Shown piece by piece: positions 1 through 10,571 of a stretch of 64,000 nt of DNA. A program made the position numbers and the translations under genes. The stretch spans positions 1 through 64,000 of the forward strand of contig JBBRCZ010000012.1 in NCBI GenBank assembly GCA_038204425.1, in the 5' to 3' direction. Below the pieces are notes generated by a model, which saw nothing but the letters and a program-made list of their open reading frames with translations, searched no databases and had not been told where the DNA came from. Source of the DNA: Spirochaetia bacterium. GTDB taxonomy: Bacteria > Spirochaetota > Spirochaetia > DSM-27196 > Salinispiraceae. Position 1 is the first letter of the stretch, and each line of letters begins with the position of its first letter.

Positions 1-196
1 CTTTATTCATAATTTTGGTGTTCACATTCCCATCGGGCCAAAGTCCAGTCTAGATATTTCACTAAACCTCAACAACCTCTTTACCTTTGACAACTTGGCC
101 TTCCAGTTTGTTTTTGGTTTGCCACCAAGTGGCAAAGCAGCCCTGACGCCTATTGAGGAAGCAAGCCTAATCTCTTCGGCTGCAATTCCACAATAA
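1..196 (+). CDS. 3' end of a gene entering from the left edge; hypothetical, possibly an outer-membrane protein
   Basis: Frame open from base 2 (FIHNFGVHIPIGPKSSLDISLNLNNLFTFDNLAFQFVFGL...) to TAA at 194-196, followed by a terminator. Confidence 0.55.
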   Translation, partial: FIHNFGVHIPIGPKSSLDISLNLNNLFTFDNLAFQFVFGLPPSGKAALTPIEEASLISSAAIPQ

Positions 197-256
197 GATC
201 ATAGCTGCCCTCCGGGCAATGCCTGATCGATTATTCAGGTGCATACCTAAATTTAG

Positions 257-290
257 AAAGGCTGTTCAAGTAATTGAACAGCCTTTTTTT
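257..290 (+). terminator. Intrinsic terminator, possibly bidirectional
   Basis: AAAGGCTGTTCAA-gtaa-TTGAACAGCCTTT stem with a T-tract, between convergent genes. Confidence 0.8.
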
Positions 291-403
291 GATCTCGACT
301 CATTCGTGCTTATCGTATTCCAGCATGGATGATCAGCTGCTTTAGCAAGGCAACAACTAACAGTTGACTAGAAAAGCTGGCATTGCCGCAGCTTGGCTTG
401 GAT

Positions 404-1192
404 TTATCCTACCGAACTTCTAACAATAAGCGAGGCCAAATAACCTGCGCCAAAACCATTGTCGATGTTTACCACCGAAATGCCGGCCGCACAACTGTTG
501 AGCATCGCCAGCAAGGCCGCCAAACCACCAAAGTTGGCACCGTAACCCACACTGGTTGGGACCGCAATAACCGGTACTTCTACCAAGCCGCCAATTACAC
601 TAGCCAAGGCTCCTTCCATGCCAGCAATCGCAATCACTACTCGCGCCTTTTTGATGCGGTCCAACTGCGCAAAAAGACGATGGATGCCGGCCACGCCTAC
701 GTCATAAATTCTGTCTACTTGGTTGCCAAAACATTCGGCAGTAAGAGCAGCCTCCTCGGCAACCGGAATGTCAGAAGTGCCGCCGGTCAAGACTGCAATA
801 GAAGCGGGGCCTGGCGCATCACTTAAGAATGACGGTTGCACCGACTGGGATTCAATACTTTTTTTGGTAGTAATGATTCGAGCGACTTGGTGGTAGACTA
901 AGTTTGGACTCAGGTCGTTTAGTGCATCAAATTGTTCTTGGCTGGCACGCGTTGCGAGAAGCACGCCACCATCGCTCAGGATTTTTCCCACTATGGCACG
1001 CAATTGACTAGGACTTTTGCCGGAAGAATAGACGACTTCTGGATAGCCCGTACGCAGTTTCCTGTGAGTGTCCAAACGCGCAAAGTCGAGGTCGGCGGTT
1101 GGGAAGTCGCGCAACTTATCCATTGCTTGGCCGAGGTCAAGCTGATTGTTTTTGTAGTCTTGTAGAATTTGCTCTAGGTCGTGACGTTCCAT
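404..1192 (-). CDS. larB: Nickel-pincer cofactor biosynthesis carboxylase/hydrolase LarB
   Basis: ARLDTHRKLRTGYPEVVY, GTSDIPVAEEA, DVGVAGIHRL, AGMEGALAS, VPTSVGYG, VVNIDNGFGA; ATG at 1192 after AAGGAG. Confidence 0.93.
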   Translation of the reverse strand: MERHDLEQILQDYKNNQLDLGQAMDKLRDFPTADLDFARLDTHRKLRTGYPEVVYSSGKSPSQLRAIVGKILSDGGVLLATRASQEQFDALNDLSPNLVYHQVARIITTKKSIESQSVQPSFLSDAPGPASIAVLTGGTSDIPVAEEAALTAECFGNQVDRIYDVGVAGIHRLFAQLDRIKKARVVIAIAGMEGALASVIGGLVEVPVIAVPTSVGYGANFGGLAALLAMLNSCAAGISVVNIDNGFGAGYLASLIVRSSVG

Positions 1193-1204
1193 CTGCAATG
1201 CTCC

Positions 1205-2455
1205 TTACTGGTTAAGCTCTTTGTTGATAATGGTCAAAGCTCGAGCCAGGCTCACGTTGTTGAGTCTTGCTAGCTCAACAACTTGGTCAAACTCTGGTTT
1301 TTGCTTGAGAATGGCACCGCGATAGTGTGCGGTTTTGAGCGTCAAACTACCAAGGCTAGTAGTTTGTTGACTAAACGAACGCTCTAACATGGTCTTGGTT
1401 AGCAAGCTGGTGCGAACGCCAAGCGTACTAGTCTGCAAGAAAAGTTGTTCGGTGACTTGGTCTTGCTTTGTTAAATCGCAGAGTACCGAAAATATCACAG
1501 CCGGGCGCCCTTTTTTCATAACAATTGGCGCGAGCCATGCATCAGAAGCGCCGATCTGTAAAAAACTTGCGATCAAAAGACCCTGCTCTTCACCACTCAT
1601 GTCATCAAGGTTGCACTGCAAAAGACAGGCTTCTAATGATGTGGTACCCGTTTCAGGATCTTTTCCAACTGAGACGGGCTCTTGCAAGAGGCTAACACGC
1701 AGCAAGTTGGGGATCTCAAGGTCTCGGTGGCCAATGCCACAGGCGGTTTCAACAAGTATTGCATCGGTATTGCTAACGTACTCATCAACTAAGCTTGCCA
1801 GAATAGCGGCTCCTGTTGGCGTGCAAGTTTCAAATTCGACCGCGCCGGTCTTGATAGGTACACCTTTTAGCAATTGCAACACCGCCGGAGCCGGTACAGG
1901 TATCAAGCCATGTTGACATTTAACCATGCCTCCGCCCAACTGTACTGGCGAACAAATAACTCGCGCGGGCTTTAGCCAATCGTAGCAGATGGCGGCTGCA
2001 ACAATGTCAATAATTGAGTCTAGCGCGCCAACTTCGTGAAAATGAACCTTGTCAACTTCCATGTTATGCACGGTAGCTTCGGCCTGGGCAAGTTTGTAAA
2101 AGATCATGAGCGCTTTGTCCTTTACTGGCTGAGAAAGCTGACTCTGCTCAATCATGCAACGAATGTCAGCAAAGGTGCGATGCTCGTGGACCGTGTGCTT
2201 GGCCTGCACCAATTTACGCTTGTTAGTTTGAACTTTAAAGCCACCAAGTCCAAGCCGGACATGCACCTGCAGGCCATTGATGCCTTTTTTGGCGGCCTTT
2301 TGAACCTCAATGCGCCAGCCGCTCAAAGGCAGCTTTTGAAGTTCTTCTTGCACATAATCCAGAGGAACACCCAAGGCCAGCATAGCAGCCAGGTTCATGT
2401 CGCCAGAAATTCCCGAGAAGCATTCGTAGTAAAGAGTCTTGCCTTGCAGACTCAT
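1205..2455 (-). CDS. larC: Nickel insertase LarC (single continuous ORF)
   Basis: FSGISGDM, HFHEVGALDSIIDIV, HGLIPVPAPA, TPTGAA, NLDDMSGE, MKKGRP, TSTLGVR. Confidence 0.93.
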   Translation of the reverse strand: MSLQGKTLYYECFSGISGDMNLAAMLALGVPLDYVQEELQKLPLSGWRIEVQKAAKKGINGLQVHVRLGLGGFKVQTNKRKLVQAKHTVHEHRTFADIRCMIEQSQLSQPVKDKALMIFYKLAQAEATVHNMEVDKVHFHEVGALDSIIDIVAAAICYDWLKPARVICSPVQLGGGMVKCQHGLIPVPAPAVLQLLKGVPIKTGAVEFETCTPTGAAILASLVDEYVSNTDAILVETACGIGHRDLEIPNLLRVSLLQEPVSVGKDPETGTTSLEACLLQCNLDDMSGEEQGLLIASFLQIGASDAWLAPIVMKKGRPAVIFSVLCDLTKQDQVTEQLFLQTSTLGVRTSLLTKTMLERSFSQQTTSLGSLTLKTAHYRGAILKQKPEFDQVVELARLNNVSLARALTIINKELNQ

Positions 2456-2458
2456 AAA

Positions 2459-3277
2459 CTAGTCTTGTGCCATTCGCAAAACAGCGTTGAGTGACCCTTG
2501 CCGGTAGCCACTGAGCTCGAGGCTGACGTAGATAAAACCCATGCCTTTAAAAGCCTTGGAGACTTGATCCATAAACTCGACTGAAAAAAAACGATCTCGC
2601 TCGATGGGTGCAACTTCAATTCGTGCTTGTTCTCCGTGACTGCGCACTCTAAACTGCTTAAATCCGGCCTTAAAGAGGTAGTCTTCGGCCTTTTCTACGC
2701 GGGTGAGTTTGCGAATATCAATACTTTCACCGTAGGGTATACGCGATCCTAGGCAGGCAAATGCTGGCTTGTCCCAGGTGGGCAGTTCTTTGAGCTTGGA
2801 CAGCTCGCGGATCTCAGCCTTGTATAATCCTGCTTCGCGCAAGGGGCTAAAAACTTTCATTTCTTCGGTAGCCTTGAGACCTGGTCGATAGTCGTTCATG
2901 TCATCCATGTTAGAACCTTCTACCACAGCCACAAATCCGTTCTCACGGGCCAAGTTTTGTATGTGGCCAAACTCAATCTTTTTACAGTGGTAGCAACGAT
3001 TTTCTGGATTGGCAGCAACTTCTTCTTCGATTTCGTTGTCGACAATTTCCAAGTGGCGTATGCCAACATGCCTTGCAATCGCTTGAGCGTCTTCAACTTC
3101 TCGGCGCGGCATCATTGGTGATACAACCGTAATTGCTAGCGCGTTTTGGGCGCCAAGTGCATCAACTGCGGCCTGACAGAGCAAGCTAGAGTCAACGCCA
3201 CCGCTAAATGCCACTGCGACCTTGCCATGCGAGGCTAATATCGTAACTAGGTTCTGGTATTTTTCCAAAACTGTCAT
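2459..3277 (-). CDS. larE: ATP-dependent sulfur transferase LarE
   Basis: PP-loop AFSGGVDS, RCYHCK, DYRPG, ACLGSRIPYG, FRVRSHG; RBS AAGGAG favours ATG at 3277 or 3283. Confidence 0.92.
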   Translation of the reverse strand: MTVLEKYQNLVTILASHGKVAVAFSGGVDSSLLCQAAVDALGAQNALAITVVSPMMPRREVEDAQAIARHVGIRHLEIVDNEIEEEVAANPENRCYHCKKIEFGHIQNLARENGFVAVVEGSNMDDMNDYRPGLKATEEMKVFSPLREAGLYKAEIRELSKLKELPTWDKPAFACLGSRIPYGESIDIRKLTRVEKAEDYLFKAGFKQFRVRSHGEQARIEVAPIERDRFFSVEFMDQVSKAFKGMGFIYVSLELSGYRQGSLNAVLRMAQD

Positions 3278-3293
3278 AAACATCTCCTTTTTT

Positions 3294-4001
3294 TTATGCA
3301 ATAAGCCCATAGCGCATCAACAACGCTCTGTCTTTGAGCAAAACCTGGGTGGTTTCGTCAGCCACAATACTTCCATGGTCCAAGACCACTAGCCGCTGAC
3401 AGGTTTCTCTACACATCTCCAAGTCATGACTCACGATGATTTTTGTTAAGTTTAGTTTATTAAGAATAGTGATCAAACTCCTGCGACCTTGTGCGTCGAG
3501 CGAGACACTTGGTTCGTCCATCAAAAGTATCTCGGTCTGCATAGCCAGGACGGCTGCAAGTGCTGCCATGCGTTTTTCACCGCTGGAAAGTCTAAACGGT
3601 GCACGCTGTGCCAAGTGGATAGCCCCACAGTCCTCTAGCGCTTGATAACTGAGCTTAAGCACTTCTTCTGCTGCATGGCCCTGATTGCAAGGTCCAAAGG
3701 CCACATCGTCAAAGACGCGCGGTGTAAACAACTGGTCATCGGGATTGAGAAAGAGCAAACCAAGTTTGTTTCGAATCGTCACCAGGTTTTTTTTGCAGAC
3801 CAAGAGACCGTCAATATGGACGCTGCCTTGACTTGGCTCAAGTAGGCCTGAGAGCGCAAGCAGCAAACTACTTTTACCGGCACCATTGGCTCCAATCAAA
3901 CCCACGCTTTCACCTTTTTCTAAGCAAAACGTAATGTTTTTTAAGGCCTCCAGACCGTCAGCATAGTGGTAAGAAAGCTGTTTAACCTCAACAACCGGCA
4001 T
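3294..4001 (-). CDS. cbiO: ECF Ni/Co transporter ATPase (CbiO/NikO)
   Basis: Walker A GANGAGKS, NPDDQLF, LSSGE, LLMDEP, SHD; ATG at 4001. Confidence 0.85.
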   Translation of the reverse strand: MPVVEVKQLSYHYADGLEALKNITFCLEKGESVGLIGANGAGKSSLLLALSGLLEPSQGSVHIDGLLVCKKNLVTIRNKLGLLFLNPDDQLFTPRVFDDVAFGPCNQGHAAEEVLKLSYQALEDCGAIHLAQRAPFRLSSGEKRMAALAAVLAMQTEILLMDEPSVSLDAQGRRSLITILNKLNLTKIIVSHDLEMCRETCQRLVVLDHGSIVADETTQVLLKDRALLMRYGLIA

Positions 4002-4003
4002 AG

Positions 4004-4780
4004 TTACCCCACCACTTGGGCAAGATAAGCCCCAAAAGGCTGAGTATCTACAAATCGCAGCGCGATCATGCAAGTTGCAAGCAAAATTGCAATGGTAGCT
4101 TCCACGAGGTTGAGCGGTTTAACAAGGTCGACTGGATAGCTGCCATCAAAGCCGCGCATTTGCATGCCTGAGTAAACGCGTCGTGATCTTTCTTCGCTTC
4201 GAATCAAGGCTTGACCCGCCAAAGATCCCCACCATTCGCGAGCTACTCCGCGCTGGCGAGCTGCTCGCAAAGAATAGGCGCGCCAAACCCGCCCAAGTTC
4301 TTCAAACAAAATCGCCAAATATGACCACATAATTACTAACTGCGTACATAAGCTTTGCGGAAATCTTGCCCGCCTTAGACTGGCGGCAATGCTCGCAATG
4401 CCACTACTTGCAATCAGGGCAAAACCAGCACTGACACAAATAAAGGTTTTTAGCGTCAAGGACACTAGAGCTTCAAGTCCGCGGCTGTCAAAAAACAGAT
4501 TGAACAAACCGAAGCCCAAAATTAGCGGCATGGTTGACAAAAATCGTAGCACCAGGTCGCGCAAGGGAATTTGGGCCAAGGCGGTAAAGACCAAAACCAA
4601 GGCCACAAACGGCATTTGTCGGACAATCTCGTAGCGCTCATAGGAAGTTACCAAAACTATCAGAACCAGCGTCAAAATTAACTTGACTGAGGTACTTGCG
4701 CGCTGCAACCAAGCATCTTGCTTGGCAAGATCGTCGAGTCTTCTCAGTTGCTCAAGCACGGTCGAAGCTAACTGTTTCAT
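4004..4780 (-). CDS. cbiQ: ECF Ni/Co transporter transmembrane component (CbiQ/NikQ)
   Basis: Hydrophobic protein with AYSLR and GMQMRGF coupling motifs; lies between the M and O components. Confidence 0.85.
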   Translation of the reverse strand: MKQLASTVLEQLRRLDDLAKQDAWLQRASTSVKLILTLVLIVLVTSYERYEIVRQMPFVALVLVFTALAQIPLRDLVLRFLSTMPLILGFGLFNLFFDSRGLEALVSLTLKTFICVSAGFALIASSGIASIAASLRRARFPQSLCTQLVIMWSYLAILFEELGRVWRAYSLRAARQRGVAREWWGSLAGQALIRSEERSRRVYSGMQMRGFDGSYPVDLVKPLNLVEATIAILLATCMIALRFVDTQPFGAYLAQVVG

Positions 4781-5779
4781 CTAAGCTTTGATCTTTTTAC
4801 GCCTGCGGCTAAACAGTCTAATCAACAGGCCAACGGCAAGCACCAAGACCGCCACCGCTAGGCTGCCAAGGATGCCCGCTAGGCTGGTGCCGGCTGTTTC
4901 ACCCGCAGCGGCCAACGAATAGTCGGGCAGTGGCGCAATGGAACTTTGCACATTTGCAAAGGCTTGATGCAAAGGTTCATCCACGACTAGCTCACCGTGA
5001 CCTGTAATCTTTTCGACTGCCCACTCAAGGCCATCAGGGTCAGAACTGGCCCACAAACTTACGACACCGGCTGTTACTAAAGTAAGGACAGAAAGTGTTA
5101 GCAAAATTCGTTTAGGAACGGGGCTGTTGGCCGTTTTGAAAGGCACATAAATAGTCTCGGGAGAGCTTTTTTGAACAAAGAGCACAATCGCCGCGGTAAT
5201 AACGCCTTCGACTAAGCCGATTGCCAAATGAATTGGTTGCATTAGCAGGACAAAGGATGCAAACGGTAAAGCTGTTCTTCCAGACAATAAGGTTTGCAAG
5301 ACGACACTAAAGGCACCAACTTGCAATCCGGCAACTACTGCCAATATGGCAGCAAACGCACTTCGTCTTGAGGACGAACCTTGTCGAGATAGTGGCCGAT
5401 AGATCAGTGGCCATGCCACAAAGCAGCTAAAAAAACCAAGATTTATGATATTGCAGCCAAGTGCCAAGAGGCCGCCGTCAGCAAATAGAAGGGCTTGCAA
5501 AAATAGAATGCTAAACATGGCCAAAAAGCCGGCATACGGACCCAAAATTATGCTCAATAGTAGACCGCCACCGAGGTGCCCGCTGGACCCAGTTAACGGT
5601 ATGCTAAAGTTTATCATTTGAGCTGCAAAGACAAAGGCACCCATGATGCCCATCAAGACTACCTTTTTGTCATCGTGTTGATCACCTAGTTTCTTGGCTG
5701 CATAGCCAGCAAGTCCAAGTGCAGCACCCCACATAGTGGTGGCAACAAGCGGCGATATGAGCGCGTCTGACATGTGCAA
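4781..5779 (-). CDS. cbiM: ECF Ni/Co substrate component, NikM/CbiM fused to a PDGLE (NikN-like) domain
   Basis: TTG start at 5779 after a G-rich RBS gives the metal-binding N-terminus MHMSDALIS; GSSGHLGGG; PDGLE; APLPDY. Confidence 0.88.
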   Translation of the reverse strand: MHMSDALISPLVATTMWGAALGLAGYAAKKLGDQHDDKKVVLMGIMGAFVFAAQMINFSIPLTGSSGHLGGGLLLSIILGPYAGFLAMFSILFLQALLFADGGLLALGCNIINLGFFSCFVAWPLIYRPLSRQGSSSRRSAFAAILAVVAGLQVGAFSVVLQTLLSGRTALPFASFVLLMQPIHLAIGLVEGVITAAIVLFVQKSSPETIYVPFKTANSPVPKRILLTLSVLTLVTAGVVSLWASSDPDGLEWAVEKITGHGELVVDEPLHQAFANVQSSIAPLPDYSLAAAGETAGTSLAGILGSLAVAVLVLAVGLLIRLFSRRRKKIKA

Positions 5780-5846
5780 GAAATGCCCCCCCCTGACGAC
5801 TGATGGATATTGCCGTTTCAATTTAGTGCTCGGGAGTTCATCTCCA

Positions 5847-5873
5847 ATTATAGGCAACTTCTTGTTGCTTATA
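5847..5873 (-). promoter_or_regulatory. -10 box (TATAAT) overlapped by a 10-bp inverted repeat; candidate operator of the nik-lar operon
   Basis: Minus strand TATAAGCAAC-aagaa-GTTGCCTATA-AT, 9 of 10 arm positions match. Confidence 0.5.
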
Positions 5874-5900
5874 GACAATACTATGCACAGTGAGTGAGGT

Positions 5901-6326
5901 TTAGTGCAAGCCCTTAATCGCATCTAAAACTTGAGTGACCGCCTCAGAGATTAGATCTGCCAAGGGCTTATTGGACATGCCAACCAAGGCAATGTGTGAT
6001 TGTGCGATTGGAATGAGGATTTTTTTGGCTGGCGATGCAAAGATGGCGGACACCATAACTGGACTTATCTCACCCATCATTGAGTCGTTTAGTATGATGC
6101 CAATTGGTCCCAAGATGTAGTCGGCGTTGCCGACACTGACCTTGATGGCGTTTTCTCCGCTGGCACCCTTGTCTGCTCCCGCGTTCACCATTCTTTGCGT
6201 AGCACTAGCATTGGCGCCCAGAGCCCAAATCAGCAGCTTGCCGTTACGTTTAGAAACAAGTTGTTCAACAATTTGAGCGCCAATGCCGCCGCCTAGTCCA
6301 TCAATAACTGCCACCGTAACTGCCAT
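5901..6326 (-). CDS. DUF3842 family protein
   Basis: VIDGLGGGIG, ALGANASAT, GASGENAI, MMGEISP, KILIP. Confidence 0.8.
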   Translation of the reverse strand: MAVTVAVIDGLGGGIGAQIVEQLVSKRNGKLLIWALGANASATQRMVNAGADKGASGENAIKVSVGNADYILGPIGIILNDSMMGEISPVMVSAIFASPAKKILIPIAQSHIALVGMSNKPLADLISEAVTQVLDAIKGLH

Positions 6327-6342
6327 AACACACTCCTCAAGA

Positions 6343-7563
6343 TTATTGTCCTAACTGATCCAAGACAGGCTTGTCGCGCAATAAGCGCGGTGCGCCCAAT
6401 CGAATACCAAGCAGCCCTAGCGGTGCGGTTGTAATAATCGCTAAAACAGCGATCGCCAATATTAGCTTGCCTTCTGGCAATCCATAAGAAAGTGCAACCC
6501 CGCCCAAAGCTGCTTGCACGGTTGCTTTAGGCAAATAAGCAATCACACAAAAGAACTTCTGACCCCAGTTCATTTTGGACGGCCAGACCGACAAAAGCAC
6601 ACCTATCGAACGAGCTATGAGTCCAAGGCCTATTGCAAGTAGAGCCTTTGGTCCAGCCTCTATTGCCACACTAAGATCAATCGACATACCAATAATTACA
6701 AACAGACCTATCTGAGCAAATATCCAGATCTTTTCTAGCTTTACAGAAAGCTCATTGGCCGGAAGTGGTGCTTTGGCAAAAAGTACAAATCCAAGCGTCA
6801 TTAGGCCCAAAAATGCTGCTATCGGTAAGCTATTGCCGAGTTGCACTAAAAAAAAGGCGCTGGCTATAATCACGAGAGTTTTTTCACTGGCTCTAATCGA
6901 TTTATGAAAGCGCAAAAAATACCAGGCAAAACCTAGACCCAAAACGGCGCCGGACATTAGTCCAAGCAAAATAGAGAGCGGAATACCCGCCAGAGCAAGC
7001 AAGTTGGTGCCACCGCTAGCAAAACCAAGGAAGACGGTAAACAATGAAATTGCAAACACGTCGTCTACGGAGGCTCCAGCCAAAACAACGGTAATAACTC
7101 CATTGCGTTGCCCAAGGCCTCGCGCCTTGAGATCGAGCATGGCCGGTACCACCACCGCTGGACTTACGGCAGCCAGCATAAACCCGCACAAACCAGCGAC
7201 TTTCCAAGAAAAGTCAAACAGCACCATCAGCGCCGCCATTAGAGTTAAGCCTTCCACAATACAAGGCACAAAGCTCATCAAGACGGCGGAAATTCCAGCC
7301 GCTTTTAGCTCCTGCAGACTAATACCTAAGCCAGCTCGCAAGAGAATAATTACCAATGCAAAGGTCTTGATAAAAGGCACAAGTTGCCAAAATCCGTCAG
7401 GAAAGGCTTGTTGATCCCCAACAAAAAAGCTGCTTGCCAAAAAGGTCAAAGCGACGCCAAATAGTGTCATACCCAGGACCGAAGGCAAGCCTATTTTCTC
7501 AAAAAGCTTCCCAAACAACCAGCCACCGATCAAGATGAAAAAGAACAAAAGTTCAAAGCTCAT
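6343..7563 (-). CDS. Cation:proton antiporter (CPA1/NHA2-like)
   Basis: Many TM segments; IILLRAGL, AVSPAVVVP, ASVDDV, PKATVQAA, ITAPLG. Confidence 0.85.
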   Translation of the reverse strand: MSFELLFFFILIGGWLFGKLFEKIGLPSVLGMTLFGVALTFLASSFFVGDQQAFPDGFWQLVPFIKTFALVIILLRAGLGISLQELKAAGISAVLMSFVPCIVEGLTLMAALMVLFDFSWKVAGLCGFMLAAVSPAVVVPAMLDLKARGLGQRNGVITVVLAGASVDDVFAISLFTVFLGFASGGTNLLALAGIPLSILLGLMSGAVLGLGFAWYFLRFHKSIRASEKTLVIIASAFFLVQLGNSLPIAAFLGLMTLGFVLFAKAPLPANELSVKLEKIWIFAQIGLFVIIGMSIDLSVAIEAGPKALLAIGLGLIARSIGVLLSVWPSKMNWGQKFFCVIAYLPKATVQAALGGVALSYGLPEGKLILAIAVLAIITTAPLGLLGIRLGAPRLLRDKPVLDQLGQ

Positions 7564-7572
7564 TGCACCACC

Positions 7573-8130
7573 TCATTTGCTAGGAAAGCTGGCAGGAAAA
7601 ACAAGACTGAGTTCAACTTTGACCACATCGGCTCGGTTATTGCGAACGTAGATCTCGCCGTCTTGAACACTACATTGAATGTTCATGCTTCGTTCAACCA
7701 ACTTTGCCAATTGACTAACTTCATTGGCTGACAGACTGTAAACTACAAGGTTCTTCTCTTTACTAAAACGATTTTTGATCGCGTCCCACCAACGCTCTGG
7801 GCTAGCACTGTACGTATAAACCACTACTTTTTTGGAACGACCACAGGCCCGCGCCAAAACGCGTTCGTCCGGGTGTCCGAGTTCAATCCAAAGCTCAATC
7901 TCGCCAGACAATGTTTTTTGCCAGAGGTCCGGTTCATCAGAATCAGAAATACCCTTGCCAAACTCTAGACGCTCATGAGCGTTGAGTGCAAAGGCAAGTA
8001 GGCGCACCATTAGTCGTTCTTCGGTTTCTGAAGAATGGCAGGCCATGGTCAGTTTGTGAGTTTCGTAGTAATTGCGATCCATGTCGACCAGCTCGAGCTC
8101 GGCCTTGTAAACTGTTGACTTAGTGGCCAC
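7573..8130 (-). CDS. yaeQ: YaeQ family protein
   Basis: ATKSTVYKAEL, DMDRNYY, HSSETEERLMVRLLAFAL, DEPDLW, LWIELG. Confidence 0.9.
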   Translation of the reverse strand: MATKSTVYKAELELVDMDRNYYETHKLTMACHSSETEERLMVRLLAFALNAHERLEFGKGISDSDEPDLWQKTLSGEIELWIELGHPDERVLARACGRSKKVVVYTYSASPERWWDAIKNRFSKEKNLVVYSLSANEVSQLAKLVERSMNIQCSVQDGEIYVRNNRADVVKVELSLVFPASFPSK

Positions 8131-8151
8131 AAAAAACTCCTAGATTGCTTA

Positions 8152-9108
8152 TCAGGCTTCGGCAATGAGCACCATAGAACTAGTCAACTGAGTTTTTCCC
8201 AAGGCAAGTTTGCTCTTAAAATGGTACAAAGAGATCCTAAACCAAGCAGCGTAGTCACGCAAGCGTTTAAACGATCGAGCGGATTTTTTGAGCTTTGCTA
8301 AGAGGCCAAACTCAACTCCTCCTACAAATTTCACGTGAGAAAAGCCACACTCGAGCAAAAGCGCGCTCAAATTGGTCCTATTAAAATAGGACAAGTGGCC
8401 TGGCAAATAGTAGTGATATGAAGCGCCAGCTTGGACTGCTTGTAGTCCGGCCATATTGGCAGTTTGGAGCAAAAACACAGCACCAGCCTTCATCGACTGC
8501 CTGATGTTGATGAGAGCCGCTCGAGCGTCAAGGACGTGTTCTATAACTTCAATCATACTTACGAGAGAAAAGGTGTTGGCTGGCAAGCTCAGCACTTCAA
8601 TGTTACCCAAAAACAGACGCTCTTTGCCAAATCTTTCAGCAGCCCAAGCCCCTGAATACTCAGAAACCTCAACGCCCCAACTCTGATATCCCTGTTCGTT
8701 TACCACCTTCATTAGTCCGCCAAAAGCACAACCAACGTCCAAAAAATTGCGCTGCCCTTGCTCATCAGCTTGGCTTTTGTCACGCTTGATGAGCTTACGC
8801 GCTCGGACCTTCCATACCTGACGAGACGCCTCTTCGTCCTTTCGTTCGTCTAGATAAGCGTAAGCTGCACTACCTTTATAATAGGCCTCATCGTAGAATC
8901 CATAGGCGCTTTTTGCAGGAATATCTTGAAACTGAAACGCACAGTTGGGACACTCAAATATATCCAGTTGAGCTTGATAAGCAGTGACGGCAAACTTGTA
9001 GTGGCTAGAAGCTCCACAAAGTCTGCAGATTGGACTGGTTTCTATACTGCTCTCGCTACCACTCATTTTGCGAGCGAAGCTAGATGTCGAACTTTCTTCT
9101 TCTTCCAT
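8152..9108 (-). CDS. Class I SAM-dependent methyltransferase with an N-terminal Zn-ribbon-like CxxC..CxxC
   Basis: CRLCG...CPNC, FLDVGCAFG, EVIEHV, PGHLSYF. Confidence 0.8.
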   Translation of the reverse strand: MEEEESSTSSFARKMSGSESSIETSPICRLCGASSHYKFAVTAYQAQLDIFECPNCAFQFQDIPAKSAYGFYDEAYYKGSAAYAYLDERKDEEASRQVWKVRARKLIKRDKSQADEQGQRNFLDVGCAFGGLMKVVNEQGYQSWGVEVSEYSGAWAAERFGKERLFLGNIEVLSLPANTFSLVSMIEVIEHVLDARAALINIRQSMKAGAVFLLQTANMAGLQAVQAGASYHYYLPGHLSYFNRTNLSALLLECGFSHVKFVGGVEFGLLAKLKKSARSFKRLRDYAAWFRISLYHFKSKLALGKTQLTSSMVLIAEA

Positions 9109-9128
9109 GCCCTTAATGATCGGACGAC

Positions 9129-9157
9129 TTGACAGTAAAGTTGATAATCCGGAAAAT
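9129..9157 (+). promoter_or_regulatory. Probable sigma70 promoter of eno
   Basis: TTGACA-N17-GAAAAT. Confidence 0.4.
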
Positions 9158-9210
9158 GGCAGATGGAATTACGGATTTTTTTACTTAAGTGTCCGTAGCA
9201 ATCCCGATAA

Positions 9211-10530
<1,320 letters not shown>

Positions 10531-10571
10531 ACAAGCTCCATAATTAAAAAAGACCTCGGACAGTTGGACTG

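Noticed and set aside
5780..5846. NiCo or fluoride riboswitch before nikM
   Set aside because: Too short and lacks the conserved cores; only a 4-bp GGAG/CTCC hairpin
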